A stretch of DNA of 64,000 nucleotides, taken from assembly GCA_030390025.1 (NCBI GenBank), contig JASTWF010000346.1, positions 310,001 through 374,000 on the forward strand, given 5' to 3'. Positions 47,102-59,855 of the stretch are shown in pieces. The position numbers and the translations under genes were made by a program. Positions within the stretch are counted from its first letter, which is position 1. The number at the start of each line of letters is the position of its first letter. The notes beneath the pieces were generated by a model, which was given only the letters and a program-made list of their open reading frames with translations, was not told the origin of the DNA and made no database searches. This stretch comes from Squalus acanthias (taxonomy: Eukaryota).

Positions 47102-47683
47102 AAGTTGTTTAAACGCCACTGGTTACTTTTTCTCAGGGAAAGATTTTTCCATTTATTGTCATTCTCTGTCCTCTTGCCAATTCCCACTCCCTCCAGACAG
47201 CTTGTCAACTATTCCATGACCCTAACGCTTCCTTCCTAACCCCACATGAAGAACATTGTTAAATGCTTTTGATAACGGAAGTAAACTAAATATACTGGAT
47301 TACCTTCATCCACTGTTCAGTTATCCTCTGAAAGAATTGTGGTGGTTTGTAGGGCTTGACATATTACTTTGCAAAACCATACTGTCCGCAACACATTATG
47401 CCCTTTTTGAATGCTTGTTTCAAGCATCCCGTAAAATGCCCTCCAGTAATTTTCCAGTATGGATACTAGGACCCTAAAACTCCATGGGGCTTCTCCGATG
47501 TCCTGCCATAACTTTGGCCGGAGACTGTTTGAACCCCCAGAGTACTGTTTGTAACCATTTGCACACTTTTTTCATGAGGTTCCACCAAAACTACAGCGGG
47601 AAACCAGAAGAACCCCCGCAGAATTATAGAGCTTAGATCTGTTATTCTTGGGGTCATGCTTTAGTCCTTATTTTAACTTTCAG

Positions 47684-49203
47684 GCTTATTTGAAGACTTG
47701 TGCTCCAGAACTAGCCGCGCCTCTAGCCAAGCTGTTCCAGTACAGCTACAACACTGGCATCTATCCGACAATGTGGAAAACTGCCCAGGTATGTCCTGTC
47801 CACAAAAAGCAGGACAAATCCAATCCAGCCAATTACCGCCCCATCAGTCTACTCTCAATCATCAGCAAAGTGATGGAAGGCGTCATCGACAGTGCTATCA
47901 AGCGGCATTTACTCACCAATAACCTGCTCACTGATGCCCAGTTTGGGTTCCGCCAAGACCACTCGGCTCCCAACCTCATTACAGCCTTGGTCCAAACATG
48001 GACAAAGGAGCTGAATTCCAGAGGTGAGGTGAGAGTGACTGCCCTTGACATCAAGGCAGCATTTGACCGAGTATGGCATCAAGGAGCCCTAGTAAAACTG
48101 AAGTCAATGGGAATCGGGGAAAACGCTCCACTGGCTGGAGTTATACCTAGCACAAAGGAAGATGGTTGTGGTGGTTGAAGGTCAATCATCACAGCCCCAG
48201 GACATCGCTGCAGGAGTTCCTCAGGGCAGTGTCCTAGGCCCAACCATCTTCAGCTGCTTCATCAATGACCTTCCCTCCAACATAAGGTCAGAAATGGGGA
48301 TGTTCGCTGATGACTGCACATGTTCAGCGCCATTCACAACTCCTCAGATAATGAAGCAGTCCATGCCCACATGCAATAAGACCTGGATGATGTTCAGGCT
48401 TGGTCTGATAAGTGGCAGGTAACGTTTGTGCCACACAAGTGCCAGGCGATGACTATCTCCAACAAGCGAGAGTCTAACCACCTCCCCTTGACATTCAACG
48501 GCATTACCATCGCCGAATCCCCCACCATCAACATCCTGGGGGTCACCATTGACCAGAAACTTAATTGGACCAGCCACATAAATACCGTGGCAACATGAGC
48601 AGGTCAGAGGCTAGGTATTCTGCGGCAAATGTCTCATCTCCTGACTCCCCAAAGCCTTTCTACCATCTACAAGGCACAAGTAAGGAGTGTGATGGAATAC
48701 TCTCCACTTGCCTGGATGAGTGCAGCTCCAACAACACTCAAGAAGATTGACACTATCCAGGACAAAGCAGCCTGTTTGATTGGCACCCCATCCACCACCT
48801 TAAACATTCATTCCCTTCACCACCGGCGTACCGTGGCTGCAGTGTGTACCATCCACAAGATGCACTGCAGCAACTCGCCAAGGCTTCTTCGGCAGCACCT
48901 CCCAAATCCGCGACCTCTTCCACCTAGAAGGACAAGGGCAGCAGGCGCATGGGAACACCACCACCTCCAGGTTCCCCTCCAAGTCACACACTATCCTGAC
49001 TTAGAAGTATATTGCCGATCCTTCATCGTCGCTGGGTCAAAACTCCCCACCAAACAGCACTGTGGGAGTACCTTCACCACATGGACTGCAACGGTTCAAG
49101 AAGGCGGCTCACCACCACCTTCTCAAGGGCAATTAGGGATGGGCAATAAATGCTGGCCATGCCAGCTACGCCCAGATCCCATAAGCGAATAAGAAAAAAA
49201 AAA
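47684..49203 (+). mobile_element. LINE family B 3' half (RT) with poly-A tail
   Basis: [42 protein letters not shown], then the family 3' end and A-tail. Confidence 0.9.
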
Positions 49204-50111
49204 TATTGGAACTATACTTCCTATCCTTTAGTTCTTGGCTACTTCTCCATTATTAATACATGTCTGAAAAAATTCTAACCACCCCTTGTGTAAAGACATG
49301 GGGGTATTTAACCTAACTCGCTGGGTGGGATTCCCACGGGATTGGGTGGAACGCTGGTTTTACACCCCGCCCAATATTGCTCTCCGTTGACTTGAATGGA
49401 GAGTAAAATCGGGCGGGTTAGGTTTTTTATTCGTTCCTGGGATGTGGGCGTCGCTGGCAAGGCCAGCATTTATTGCCCATCCCTAACTGCCTTGTCAAAA
49501 TTGCCCCCTTCTCACCACCCATTCATCCTTTAGTGACTTATCTTAAATTTGAGCCCTCTCTTTACTGTGTTGCCAACCAATGGGAATGGTCTTAACTCTA
49601 TTTACCTTATTATAATTTTTCATAAAATTAAACACCCTCTATCAAGTCATCCGTAACCTTCTCAGCTGCCCTGAGAAAAGCCCTAACTTCTCAAGTCTCT
49701 TTTCATCACTGTAGTCCCTCATCCTCGTGATTCTATGATGCACCTTTTCCATTGCTTTAACATCTCCCTATAATGAGGTGTCCTAAACTATACATACAAC
49801 CCCAACTAAAGTCTTGTACAAGTTCAACATTACCTCCTTCCTTTTGTGTTGTATTCTTCTAGATACAGATTCGCAAATTCAATATTGTTCTTACAATTCC
49901 TCATCTAGATAATTAATGTACATATCCTGTGGGTTTTCTCACAATGACTCAGAAGTTTAAAAGAACTGGGATGTTATATCAAGAATTATTACTGACACTG
50001 ACGTTTCAGCATTGAGTAGGTCCCTGAGATTAAGAGCACTGGGAAGGGAACCCGGACTCTGCCAGTACTGTGATGCGATCTGTGGGTCTAGCAATGCTGC
50101 TAGATACAAAA

Positions 50112-50330
50112 TTGAGAGGTCGCACAACACCAGGTTATAGTCCAACAGTTTTATTTGAAATCACAAGCTTTCGGAGCTATCGATTGCCCCTTCCTTCACC
50201 TGAGGAAGGGGCAATCGATAGCTCCGAAAGCTTGTGATTTCAAATAAAACTGTTGGACTATAACCTGGTGTTGTGCGACCTCTCAATTTTGTCCACCCCA
50301 GTCCAACACCGGCATCTCCGCATCATGACC
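50112..50330 (+). mobile_element. 219-bp Penelope-type mini-element with inverted duplication, 13-bp TSD
   Basis: TSD GCTAGATACAAAA at 50099-50111 and 50331-50343. Perfect 90-bp inverted repeat 50106-50195 / 50203-50292. Confidence 0.88.
50196..50237 (+). ncRNA. Minimal type-I hammerhead ribozyme motif
   Basis: tcac-CTGAGGA-A-GGGGC-aatcgata-GCTCC-GAAA-GC-TT-gtga: helix I tcac/gtga, conserved core boxes, and palindromic AAGCTT helix III. Confidence 0.75.
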
Positions 50331-52658
50331 GCTAGATACAAAACCAGAGATTCAGTTTGCCCTTTTTATCGCCTTGTGTATCTGTGTAGGACCATTGCAG
50401 GGAGCCTTGGTACACTGGTACAGGAGGTTCTGGGGAGGGAGTGAGGGGGAAACAGAGGCTGAGGAAAAGGATCCTAGGGTCAATTAGGATGGGGGTGGGT
50501 TTTGGATCATTTGAAGGGCAGAGTCCGACAGTATTGAAAGAGGAGCAGGCTACATATATAGGGCCTTTAAAGTAGGAAAATATCCCAAGGCACTTCACAC
50601 GAACGTTATCAAACAAAATTTGACTCCGAGCCACATAAGGAGATATTAGGATAGGTGACAATAAAACTTGGTCAAAGAGGTAGGTTCTAAGGAGCATCTT
50701 AAAGGAGGAGAGAGAGATAGAGATGTGGAGAGGCTTAGGGAGTAAATTCCAGGCTGGGGTTGCACACATTCCTGCTGGATGCTTCTGGCACAAGCTGAGA
50801 ACATGGAAATGGGAAATCTCCCTTATAGTTTCCAGAAACTCCCACGTCATGTAAATTCCATACAATGTGGTTTTCACTAACCTGGCATAGTAAACGCAGT
50901 CAAATGATTTGAATACTGAAATACACTCCAATTCCAAACTCAAGTTCAGGCCAAACTCCTGCTGCTCACTCAGCTGCCTTCTTACTCCACTGGCCTCTTG
51001 CACTTTGATTTGATCTCATTTGTATTAACTTAAATCCTCTCCAAACAACACAACATGCACATGCTTACTAGTTTGGTCTTGCTGCTTCAGGTTCAGTCTT
51101 GGTGCCGATTTCCTGTTCTGTCAACACATGTTTCCTTATCTTCTCTCAGCAAAATAACTCATTCTGTCGGCCTCTTGCAGCACCAAGTGTTTATTATTTT
51201 TGAAGTACTGTTGTGATGTAGGTCAATGTGGTCATAAGGAGATATTAGGACAGGTGACAAAAAAACTTGGTCAAAGAGGTAGGTTTTAAGGAGCAAGATC
51301 CCATGAATAGCAAGTAACCAGTTAATCCTTCTTTGAATGGTGTTGGCCAAACATCAGGCGAACTTTCAGCTCTTTGAATAGTGCCATTAGGTGTTGGTCC
51401 TGAAAATGTGCAGGATGTGATCCTGACCATTACACTGGTCTTGTGTTCGAGGGTGCCCTCCAGCACTGACTCTGCTGATTTTGAGGGCCGAGTAGGTGGG
51501 CACCTCATTTACTTGGGGCCGACAGGTGCTCACGCTACTAGGGACGCATCTCAGATTCCTGCCTGTCCCAGGCTGCTGGAAACTCTGGCGCTTAGCTGCC
51601 TTCTTGGAAACCCCATACGTTCTGCCCCTCATTCCCTTTTGTAAGAGGCCTGGACCCCCACCTCCTAGTGGGACCCACTCCTGCCCTTTTTGAGACCAAC
51701 ACACCTCATCTCTCAATTTCTCAGCCTCCAGTGTTACGCTTGGACCCTTCTGAGTGTGGCAGGGTGTGCACTGTGCTGCCTGACTGATCCACTGCTAACC
51801 TTGGTGGAATTTCCAGGGTCATCCTTCTGCAAATATTATTCAGGATTCCTGCCTGTGCTTGGGAGCTCGTCATGGGGGAGGGGTTGATGAGAAATGGCTG
51901 CTGCTGCAGGAGATGGATGCTTGCAGAATCTTTCAGGGACAGGCAGTCCCTGGGAGCTCAGCAGAGCTTTTCCAGGCACCAATAAATTGGCAAAATCTAC
52001 CAATGTTGTACTGCCAATCAATCGTATCTATATTCTTTTGCCATCCAGCTGTTTGTCTTAAATCCATCATTGCCAAAGTGGTAATGATGAAAAATGTGGC
52101 GCTTGATGGCCCTCTGACGTACCACCTGATGAGAACATACCCGACTGATCTCCCAAGAGGCCTGCTGGTTGGGCACCCCACAGCACTGCTACTGATGCAA
52201 GTGCCCGACCCTAATATATAAATAACCCCATCCCCAGGACTTGGAATGGGGTCATAGCAGGGAGAACATGACAGGCAGAAGTTTGAAAATCCATTGGCAC
52301 CACCAGAATTATTACTCTAGGGTCTGTAAGTATCATCTGCCCCCAAGTGTATGTATAATTAATCAGTAATATATGGATTTTTTTTGTCTCTCCAATTTTC
52401 CCCCTTCCTCTCCTCTTGAAGATATTTATGCCTTGCTGGGGTACAATTCCATGGGTATCAGGTGCCCTCTGCTACCTCATCTAAGTGGGAGCTAATTAGT
52501 CTGAACAACTGATATTTGATTTACATTAATTATTTAATCATCACTATTCTATAAGAACATATTTTGAGAAGAAATTTAGTTCATAATCCCATTAAAGTCA
52601 TGTTATAACTAGGCTATGATTAGATATCTATCAATAACATTAAATTAATATTTCCCAT

Positions 52659-53297
52659 TGTAAGCTTTTTATTTCGACTGGCATTAAATTGACAGCAAGA
52701 CCAATTCTTTTGAAACAATTTGGAATAAATTTATTAAACACACACACTCATGCACATCAAAACAACAGCCTACTGGTATCCTATGACTCTACTCGATTAC
52801 AACAGGTAAGGTAATGGGTTAGATTTACACAGACTTGTACTTCCCTGAGTCAAGCAATGCACGCGGCCTTTTTTCCTTGCTTCTTGGTCTGGTCTGTAGA
52901 GGGAGGGCTTCCTGCTTTTCCACGTGGTCATCCAGAGAGAGGGCGAGAGCCTTTGGGTTCCTTATTTTATATCCTTTTAAGTCCATTGTCTCTAGTCTAA
53001 ATTGCTAAGACCCCAGGATTGGGTCTTAGTTTCATGGCAGTTCTTGATTGGCTTTCCTTTGAACGTGATTAAGTTAATTGTTTATTAACACCTTTTAATG
53101 GCTCTTGAGTTTCGATGGTGAGTTTCGATGGTGTCTCTGTGGGGGTTATCCTGTTATGCAGGTTTCCTTTGTTAAGTTTTGCGCTGTTGCATTGAGCAGG
53201 GAGATCCATACACATTAAATTCATCTTTATTACATACATCTTATATTAATAGTCTCGAGTCCATCACAGATACAAAACATATATTTTTATTCTTACA
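52659..53297 (-). mobile_element. Solo LTR (639 bp)
   Basis: TGTAAG...CTTACA inverted ends and a 4-bp TSD CCAT (52655-58 / 53298-301). TATAAAA and AATAAA occur on the minus strand. Confidence 0.8.
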
Positions 53298-53415
53298 CCA
53301 TAGGCTATAGAAAGTGTTCTTGGGATGTTTTACTACGCTAAAGGCGCTATATAAATACAAGTTGTTGTTGTTCCTAACAGTTGTTATTTCTCAATCTGTT
53401 CACTGACTATTGCAG

Positions 53416-53697
53416 GTTTGGGGAGCGAGCCCTGGATTCAGATGAAGGGATATCATAAAAATGGAATTCAGCTTGTGTGCAAATCCAGTGGATGGTACCC
53501 TGAACCGGAGATACAGTGGATTAGTGAGGATGGACATAATTTAATACAGGCTGAAACACAATACCACCAGGACTCGAAAGGTCTTGTAAATGTCCAGAGC
53601 AACATTGGAATAACAAGAGATTCAACAAACAGGTTCAAGTGTCTTTTACGGAACAGACTGTTGAAAACAGAACAAGAAGCAATTATCGGGATATCAG
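53416..53697 (+). CDS. Butyrophilin-like gene, IgC domain exon
   Basis: 282-nt exon, TTGCAG| acceptor and |GTTTGT donor, phase 1-1. GLGSEPWIQMKGYHKNGIQLVCKSSGWYPEPEIQW...FKCLLRNRLL matches the BTN IgC pattern (LGSxP...GIxLxCxSxGWYPxP). Confidence 0.93.
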
Positions 53698-54114
53698 GTT
53701 TGTAAATTATAATGTTTAATCAGTAAAGGAAAAGCTGATTTAAATTCTACCATAAATCAAACCATAAGCTTAACTGTCCCCAAGGTGCCCCCGTATGATA
53801 GTCCATGAGGTGTTAATACACTGTTATCTTGCTTATCTCAAACCCGTTTATGTCAACATCCCGCGTACGTTGAAAAAAAGTCCCAGTCCCAGTCCCAGTG
53901 CCTTCTCTGTATATTTAAATAAAAAACTTGCCATTTATGCCGACATTGACAAACTCTGGCCACTTAAGTTGAGAAGTCTCTGACAGCATTAAAGGCTTAC
54001 GTCATTTACTGCTTATTTTGACACCCGACCTAAGCGAACAAACTCCTTCACCCTCTTGATTGACTTCTGCAAATTCAATGCAACAAAATTGATAAAATTT
54101 GAATGGTCCCCAAA

Positions 54115-54206
54115 CAATGTTTCCCCCTAATTTTTTTTGGGTGCGTGGTCCCTTTAACGGGCTGCGCGGCACATTCACAATTTCACACAGCTTAGCAGGA
54201 ACATTG
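54115..54206. mobile_element. hAT-type MITE (92 bp)
   Basis: CAATGTT...AACATTG with a perfect 8-bp TSD TCCCCAAA. Confidence 0.8.
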
Positions 54207-54550
54207 TCCCCAAAATGTTGGCATAAACGGATAGTAGTGTATTGGAATTGATTGATTTACATGTACCTATAATAAACACTTATTTATGGAAGCTGTATGA
54301 TCCTGGAATATTGCCGGAAGTGTGGCGGGGTGAGACTTCAGGCCAACAGTCTGCCCCAGTACTGACACTGCCTCAAATCCCAGGGAAAGGCTCAATTACA
54401 TAAAGGGTGAGGCCCCCTCCAATGGGAGAGTAGCAATTTAGGAACTGAGTGCTGGAACATGAGAAGTTGAGCAAAAGATACTAACAACAGAGATGAGTTG
54501 GTTGAGAGGAATATAGAAATGTCCAGGATGTCAAGAATCAATAACATATT

Positions 54551-55312
54551 GGGCCAGAAATTCAGCTTTCCGGCTTCCTGCGGGTGCAAGCATCGCGCGC
54601 GTACTTGCCTACCGCGCCTGCCGTTGTGCTCTGGGCCCACGAGGACTTCGGCTCCTGGGCCTCCTGCAGCTGCCGGCGCGCAGTGCTTGCGTATCCCAGG
54701 GGCGCAGTTAGTTCGAAGCGTCCCCTGGGATCACGTGGGCCATGGAGAGCCAATCCTAACAGGGCATTTTCATTCATAGATTTGATAGGAAGACCTGTCA
54801 AATCTATGAATAAAGATCGGCCCCAAAACCACACTTAAACTTCAAATAAAATGTTTTTTAAATCACATTTTTAAAATAACTATAAGTTACATAAATTAAC
54901 TACTTTAAACAAAAATTTAAATTTTTGAAAAAATTAATTATACTTTTTAACGGTGCTAAAAATAAACTTACCTTTCTTTAAAGTATCTAAAAAAGATAAA
55001 CCTGTTGAAAAAATGTTTAAATTGTAATGAATTAACCACTTACCTTGTTAAAAACAGGCCTTGCGCCTCCTTTTTAAAAGTGCAGCTTCTCCATACTTAC
55101 CCTCCCGGAGAAACCTGAAAAAAAAAACGACGTTCGTGGGTGCGCGCAGCCTCTCCCGCGCACACGATCGATGTCTGAACCACTCCCTTCAGGGGAACGG
55201 AAGTTCTGGTTTCCTGCGCATGTGCAGTGCATGCAGGAAACCGGCACTTCAGGTGGCCTTACGGGTGAGTACACAGCGCGTACTCACCCGACAAGAGCCG
55301 AATTTCTGGCCC
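54551..55312. mobile_element. Harbinger-type MITE
   Basis: TIR GGGCCAGAAATTC / GAATTTCTGGCCC with an AT-rich centre. The flanks do not form a clean TSD. Confidence 0.65.
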
Positions 55313-55329
55313 AAAACGAACGAAACAAC

Positions 55330-55600
55330 GCTTCTCCAAAAGATCCAAGAAAGAGGACTGTGATGGTTTGGGCACGTTTCATGAATGGAATCAGCTAGAA
55401 TACCTTTTGTGGCCCTGAATACAGAGGTACATGGAACAAGAAGCCCAGGAAGACCAAGGAAGTGCTGGATAGACAATGCCAAGAGTGACTTGTCACAGAA
55501 AGAGATTCAAGTGACTGAAGCGGCCAAGCTAGTGAAGAACCAACAACAATGGAGTGAATTATTTCAGCTCCATCATTGCTGAGCTGACAGATGTCATTTT
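55330..55600 (+). mobile_element. RTE-like 3' fragment
   Basis: EVHGTRSPGRPRKCWIDN. Confidence 0.5.
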
Positions 55601-55669
55601 AATAGTAGTACGAGTACCCATTTCACTGCAAAACCTTTCCTAATGGCAAACGCTACAATGAAGTATACG

Positions 55670-57015
55670 AAGAATACAACTGGATGGACCACCTGGCGTC
55701 GACCTAGACACCAGACACGAAAAAGGCACACCCAGCCCGGTCGACCCTGCAAAGTCCTGCTGACTAACATCTAGGGACTTGTACCAAAATTGGGAGAGCT
55801 GTCCCACAGACTAGTCAAGCAAAAGCCTGACATAGCCATACTCAGAGAATCATACCTTTCAGCCAACATCCCAAACTCCTCCATCACCATCCCTGGGTAT
55901 GTCCTGTCCCACCCGCCAGAGGTGGTGGCACAGTGGTATACAGTCGGGAGTGAGTGGCCCTGGGAGTCCTCAACATTGGCTCCGGACCCTGTGAAGTCTC
56001 ATGGCATCAGGTCAAACATGAACAAGGAAACCTGCTGATTACCACCTACCGCCCTCCCTCAGCTGATGAATCAGTATTCATCCATGTTGAACACCACTTG
56101 GAAGAAACACTGAGGGTAGTAAGGGCACAGAATGTACTCTGGGTGGGTGACTTCAATGTCCATCACCAAGAGTGGCTCAGTAGCATCACTACTGACTGAG
56201 CTGGCTGAGTCCTGACTGACCAGTAGCTGCCTGACTGGGCATGCGGCAGGTGGTGAAAGAACCAACAAGAGGGAAAAACCTACTTGATCTCGTCCTCACC
56301 AATCTACCTGTTGCAGATGCATCTGTCCATGACAGTATTGGTAGCAGTGACCACTGCACAGTCCTTGTGGAGGGGAAGTCCCATCTTCACACTGAGGACC
56401 CCCTCCATCATGTTGTGTGGCACTACCACTGTGCTAAATGGGATAGATTCAGAACAGATGTAGCAGCTCAAAACTGGGCATCCATGAGGCGCTGTGGGAC
56501 ATCAGCAGCAGCAGAATTGTATTGCACCACTATCTGTAGCCTAATGGCCTGGCATATCCCGTTACTATCAAGCCAGAGGACCAACCCTGGTTCAATGAGG
56601 AGTGTAGAAGAGCCTGCCAGGAGCAGCACCAGGCGTACCTAAAAATGAAGTGATAAACTGGTGAAGCTACAACACAGGATAGAAACTACAATACATGCTA
56701 ACCTGCGGAAGCAGCATGCTATAGACAGAGCGATGCGATCCCACAACCAACGGTTCAGATCAAAGCTTACAGTCCTGCCATATCCAGTCGTGAATGGTGG
56801 TGGACAATTCAAGGGCAGCAGGCACGTGGGAACACCATCAGCTCCAAGTACCCCTCCAAATCACACACCATCCTGACTTGGAAATATTTCGCCGTTCCTT
56901 CATCGTCGCTAGGTCAAATTCCTGGAACTCGCTCCCTAACAGCACTGTGGGAGTACCTTCACCACACGGACTGCAGCAGTTCAAGAAGGCAGCTCACCGC
57001 CACCTTCTCAAGCGC
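55670..57015 (+). mobile_element. LINE family B, EN region joined directly to the 3' end (internal deletion)
   Basis: TYRPPSADES, WVGDFNVHH, SSDH, then a jump at ~56810 to the family 3' sequence. Confidence 0.82.
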
Positions 57016-58905
57016 TAGGTGTAAAAGTTCTCGATTGGGGAAAGGGCAGTTTTACTAAGCTGAGAAGTGGACTGGAAACAGTGACTTGAAGGTAAATCAC
57101 CATCAGAGCAATGGGAGGCATTCAAGGAGGAGATAGGGAGGGTCCAGACCAAATATGTTCCCACAAAGAAAAAGGGTGGAACTCCCAAATCTAGAGACCT
57201 CTGGATGTCAAGGGGCATACAGGGTAGGATGAGGGGAAAAAAGGAAGCTTGGGAACTAAATATTCCAGGGAACTTGACTTTTCGAAAAGACAGGCAGAAT
57301 GGAAAAGGGAGGGTGGTGTAGCCCAGATAATAAAGGATGGCATAAGGACAGTAGCGAGAAAGGATCTTGGCTCGGAAGCTCAGGAAGTAGAATAAGTATG
57401 GGTGGCGATATGAAATAACAAGGGCAGAAAACACGAGTGGGAGTAATTTATAGGCCCCCAAAGAGTAGCTATACTGTTGGACAGAATATTAATCAACAAA
57501 TAACAGGAGCTTGTAACAAAGATGATACAATAATCATGGGGGCTTTAATCTTCATATAGACTGGACAAATCAAATTGGCAAAGGTAGTGTGCAGGACGAG
57601 TTCATGGAATGCATTCGAGACAGTTTCCTAGAACAATAAATCATGGAACCAACTGGGGAAGAGGCTATTTTAGATCTTGTATTGTGCAATGAGACAGGTT
57701 GATTATTAGTTTCATAGTAAAGGATCCTCTGGGGAAGAGTGATCATAATATGATAAAATTTCACATTGAGTTTGAGAGTGAAATACGTTAGTCAGAAATG
57801 AGAGTCTTAAACTTAAATAGAGCCAATTACATAGATATGAGGGGAGAGTTAAATAAGGTAAATTAGGTTAAAAGGTATGACAGTAGATAAGCAGTGGCAA
57901 AAAGAAATGCAGGTATTCCAAAATTCTCATCGAATATACATTCCATTGAGAAATAAAAACTCCATGGGAAAAATGATCCATCTAACGAAAAAAGTTAAGG
58001 GTAGTATTAGATTAAAGGAAGAGGCTTATAATGTTGTGAAGAATAGTAGTAAGCCTGAGGATTGGGAGAGCTTTAGAAACCAGGAACGGATGACCAAAAA
58101 ACTGATAAAAAGGGAGAAAATAGAATATGAGAGTAAACTAGCAAGAAATATAAAAACAGATTGTAAGAGCTTCTATAAATATGTAATAAGGAAGAGAATA
58201 ACAAAAGTAAGCGTTGGTCCCTTAGAGGCTGAGACAGGTAAAATTATAATGGGGAATAAGGAAATGGCAGAGACTTTAAACAAGTATTTTGTTTCTGTCT
58301 TCACAGTAGAAGACACAGAAAGCATACCAAACATAGTGGGGAACCAAGTGGCTATTGAGAGTGAAGAACCTAAAGTAATTATTATCAGTAGAGAAAAAGT
58401 ACTTGAGAAACTAATGGGACTAGAAGCCAACATAACCCCTGGACCTGATGGCCTACATCCTGGGGTTCTAAAAGAGGTGGCTGCAGAGGTAGTGGATGCA
58501 TTGGTTGTGATCTTCCAAAATTCCCTAAATTCTAGAATGGTCCCAGCAGATTGGAAGGTAGCAAATGTAACCCTGCAATTCAAGAAAGGAGGGGGAGAGA
58601 AAACAGGGATAAATAGGCCGGTTAGCCTGACATCAGTCATCTGGAAAATGCTGAAATCCATTATTAAGGAAGTAGTAACAAGGCACTTTGAAAATCATAA
58701 TATGATTAGGCAGAGTCAACGTGGTTTTATGAAAGGAGAATCATGTTCAACAAATTTATTAGAGTTTTTTGAGGATGTAACTAGCAGGGTAGATAAAGGG
58801 GAACCAGTGGATGTAGTATATTTGGATTTCCAAAAGGCATTCGATAAAGTGCCACATAAGAGGTTGTTGAACAAGATAAGGGCTCATGGGGTTATGGGTA
58901 ATATG
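57016..58905 (+). mobile_element. Degraded CR1 LINE fragments (EN to RT)
   Basis: ORF 57877-58908 with PGPDGLHP, RPVSLTS, YLDFQKAFDKVPH. Confidence 0.87.
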
Positions 58906-59855
58906 TAGAATCATAGAATGGTTACAGCACAGAAGGAGGCCATTCAGCCCATCGAGCCCATGCCGGCTCTCTGCAAGAGCACTTCAGCTAGTCCCACTCC
59001 ACCACCCTTTCCCCGTAGCCCTGCAAATTTTTTTCCTTCAGGTACTTATCCAATTCCCTTTTGAAAGCCAAAATTGTATCTGCCTCCACCACCCTTTCAG
59101 GCAGTGCATTCCAGATCCTAACCACTCGCTGCGTAAAAAAGTTTTCCTCATGTCACCTTTGGTTGTTTTACCAATCACCTTAAATCTTTGTCCTCTGGTT
59201 CTCGACCCTTCTGCCAATTGGAACAGTTTCTCGCCATCTAATCTGTCTAGACCCATCATGATTTTGAACACCTCTATCAGATCTCCTCTCAACCTTCTCT
59301 GCTCCAAGGAGAACAACCCCAGCTTCTCTAGTCTGTCCACATAACTGAAGTTCCTCATCCCTGGAACCATTCTCGTAAATCTTTTCTGCACCCTCTCTAA
59401 GGCCTTCACATCCTTCCTAAAGTGCGGTGCCCAGAATTGGACACAATACTCCAGTTGAGGCGGAACCAGTGTTTTATAATGGTTCTTCATAATGTCCTTG
59501 CTTTTGTACTCTATGCCTCTATTTATGAAGCCCAGCATCCTGTATGCTTTTTTAACCGGACATAGAAAGGCTAGCAGAATGGGCAGACAAGTGGCAGATG
59601 AAATTTAATACAGAGAAGTGTGAGGTGATGCATTTTGGCAGAAGGAACAGGGAGAGGCAATATACACTTAATGGCACAGTTTTAAAGAGTGTGCAGGGAC
59701 AGAGGGACCTGGGAGTTAATGTGCAGAGGTCCCTGAAGGCGGTGGGACATATTGAGAGAGAGGTTAACGAAGCATATGGGATCTTGGGCTTCATAAATAG
59801 AGGTATTCCATCACACATAACTTCTCTACTTTTGTACTCAATACCCCTATTTATG
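58906..59855. mobile_element. CR1 3' fragment (-, 58906-59556) and CR1 RT fragment (+, 59558-59807) with a micro-inversion
   Basis: ORFs 59038-59538 (-) and 59598 onward (+), plus inverted repeats at 59792-59868. Confidence 0.78.

Noticed and set aside
46457..47119. 220-aa GC-rich ORF / CpG-island promoter
   Set aside because: It lies within a TIR/TSD-bounded MITE. Overlapping ORFs on both strands reflect GC content, with no recognisable domain.
51300..52250. Possible decayed Harbinger transposase remnants (also 33260-33560, 36710-37440)
   Set aside because: The similarity is only impressionistic. No clear motifs, TIRs or TSDs could be fixed.
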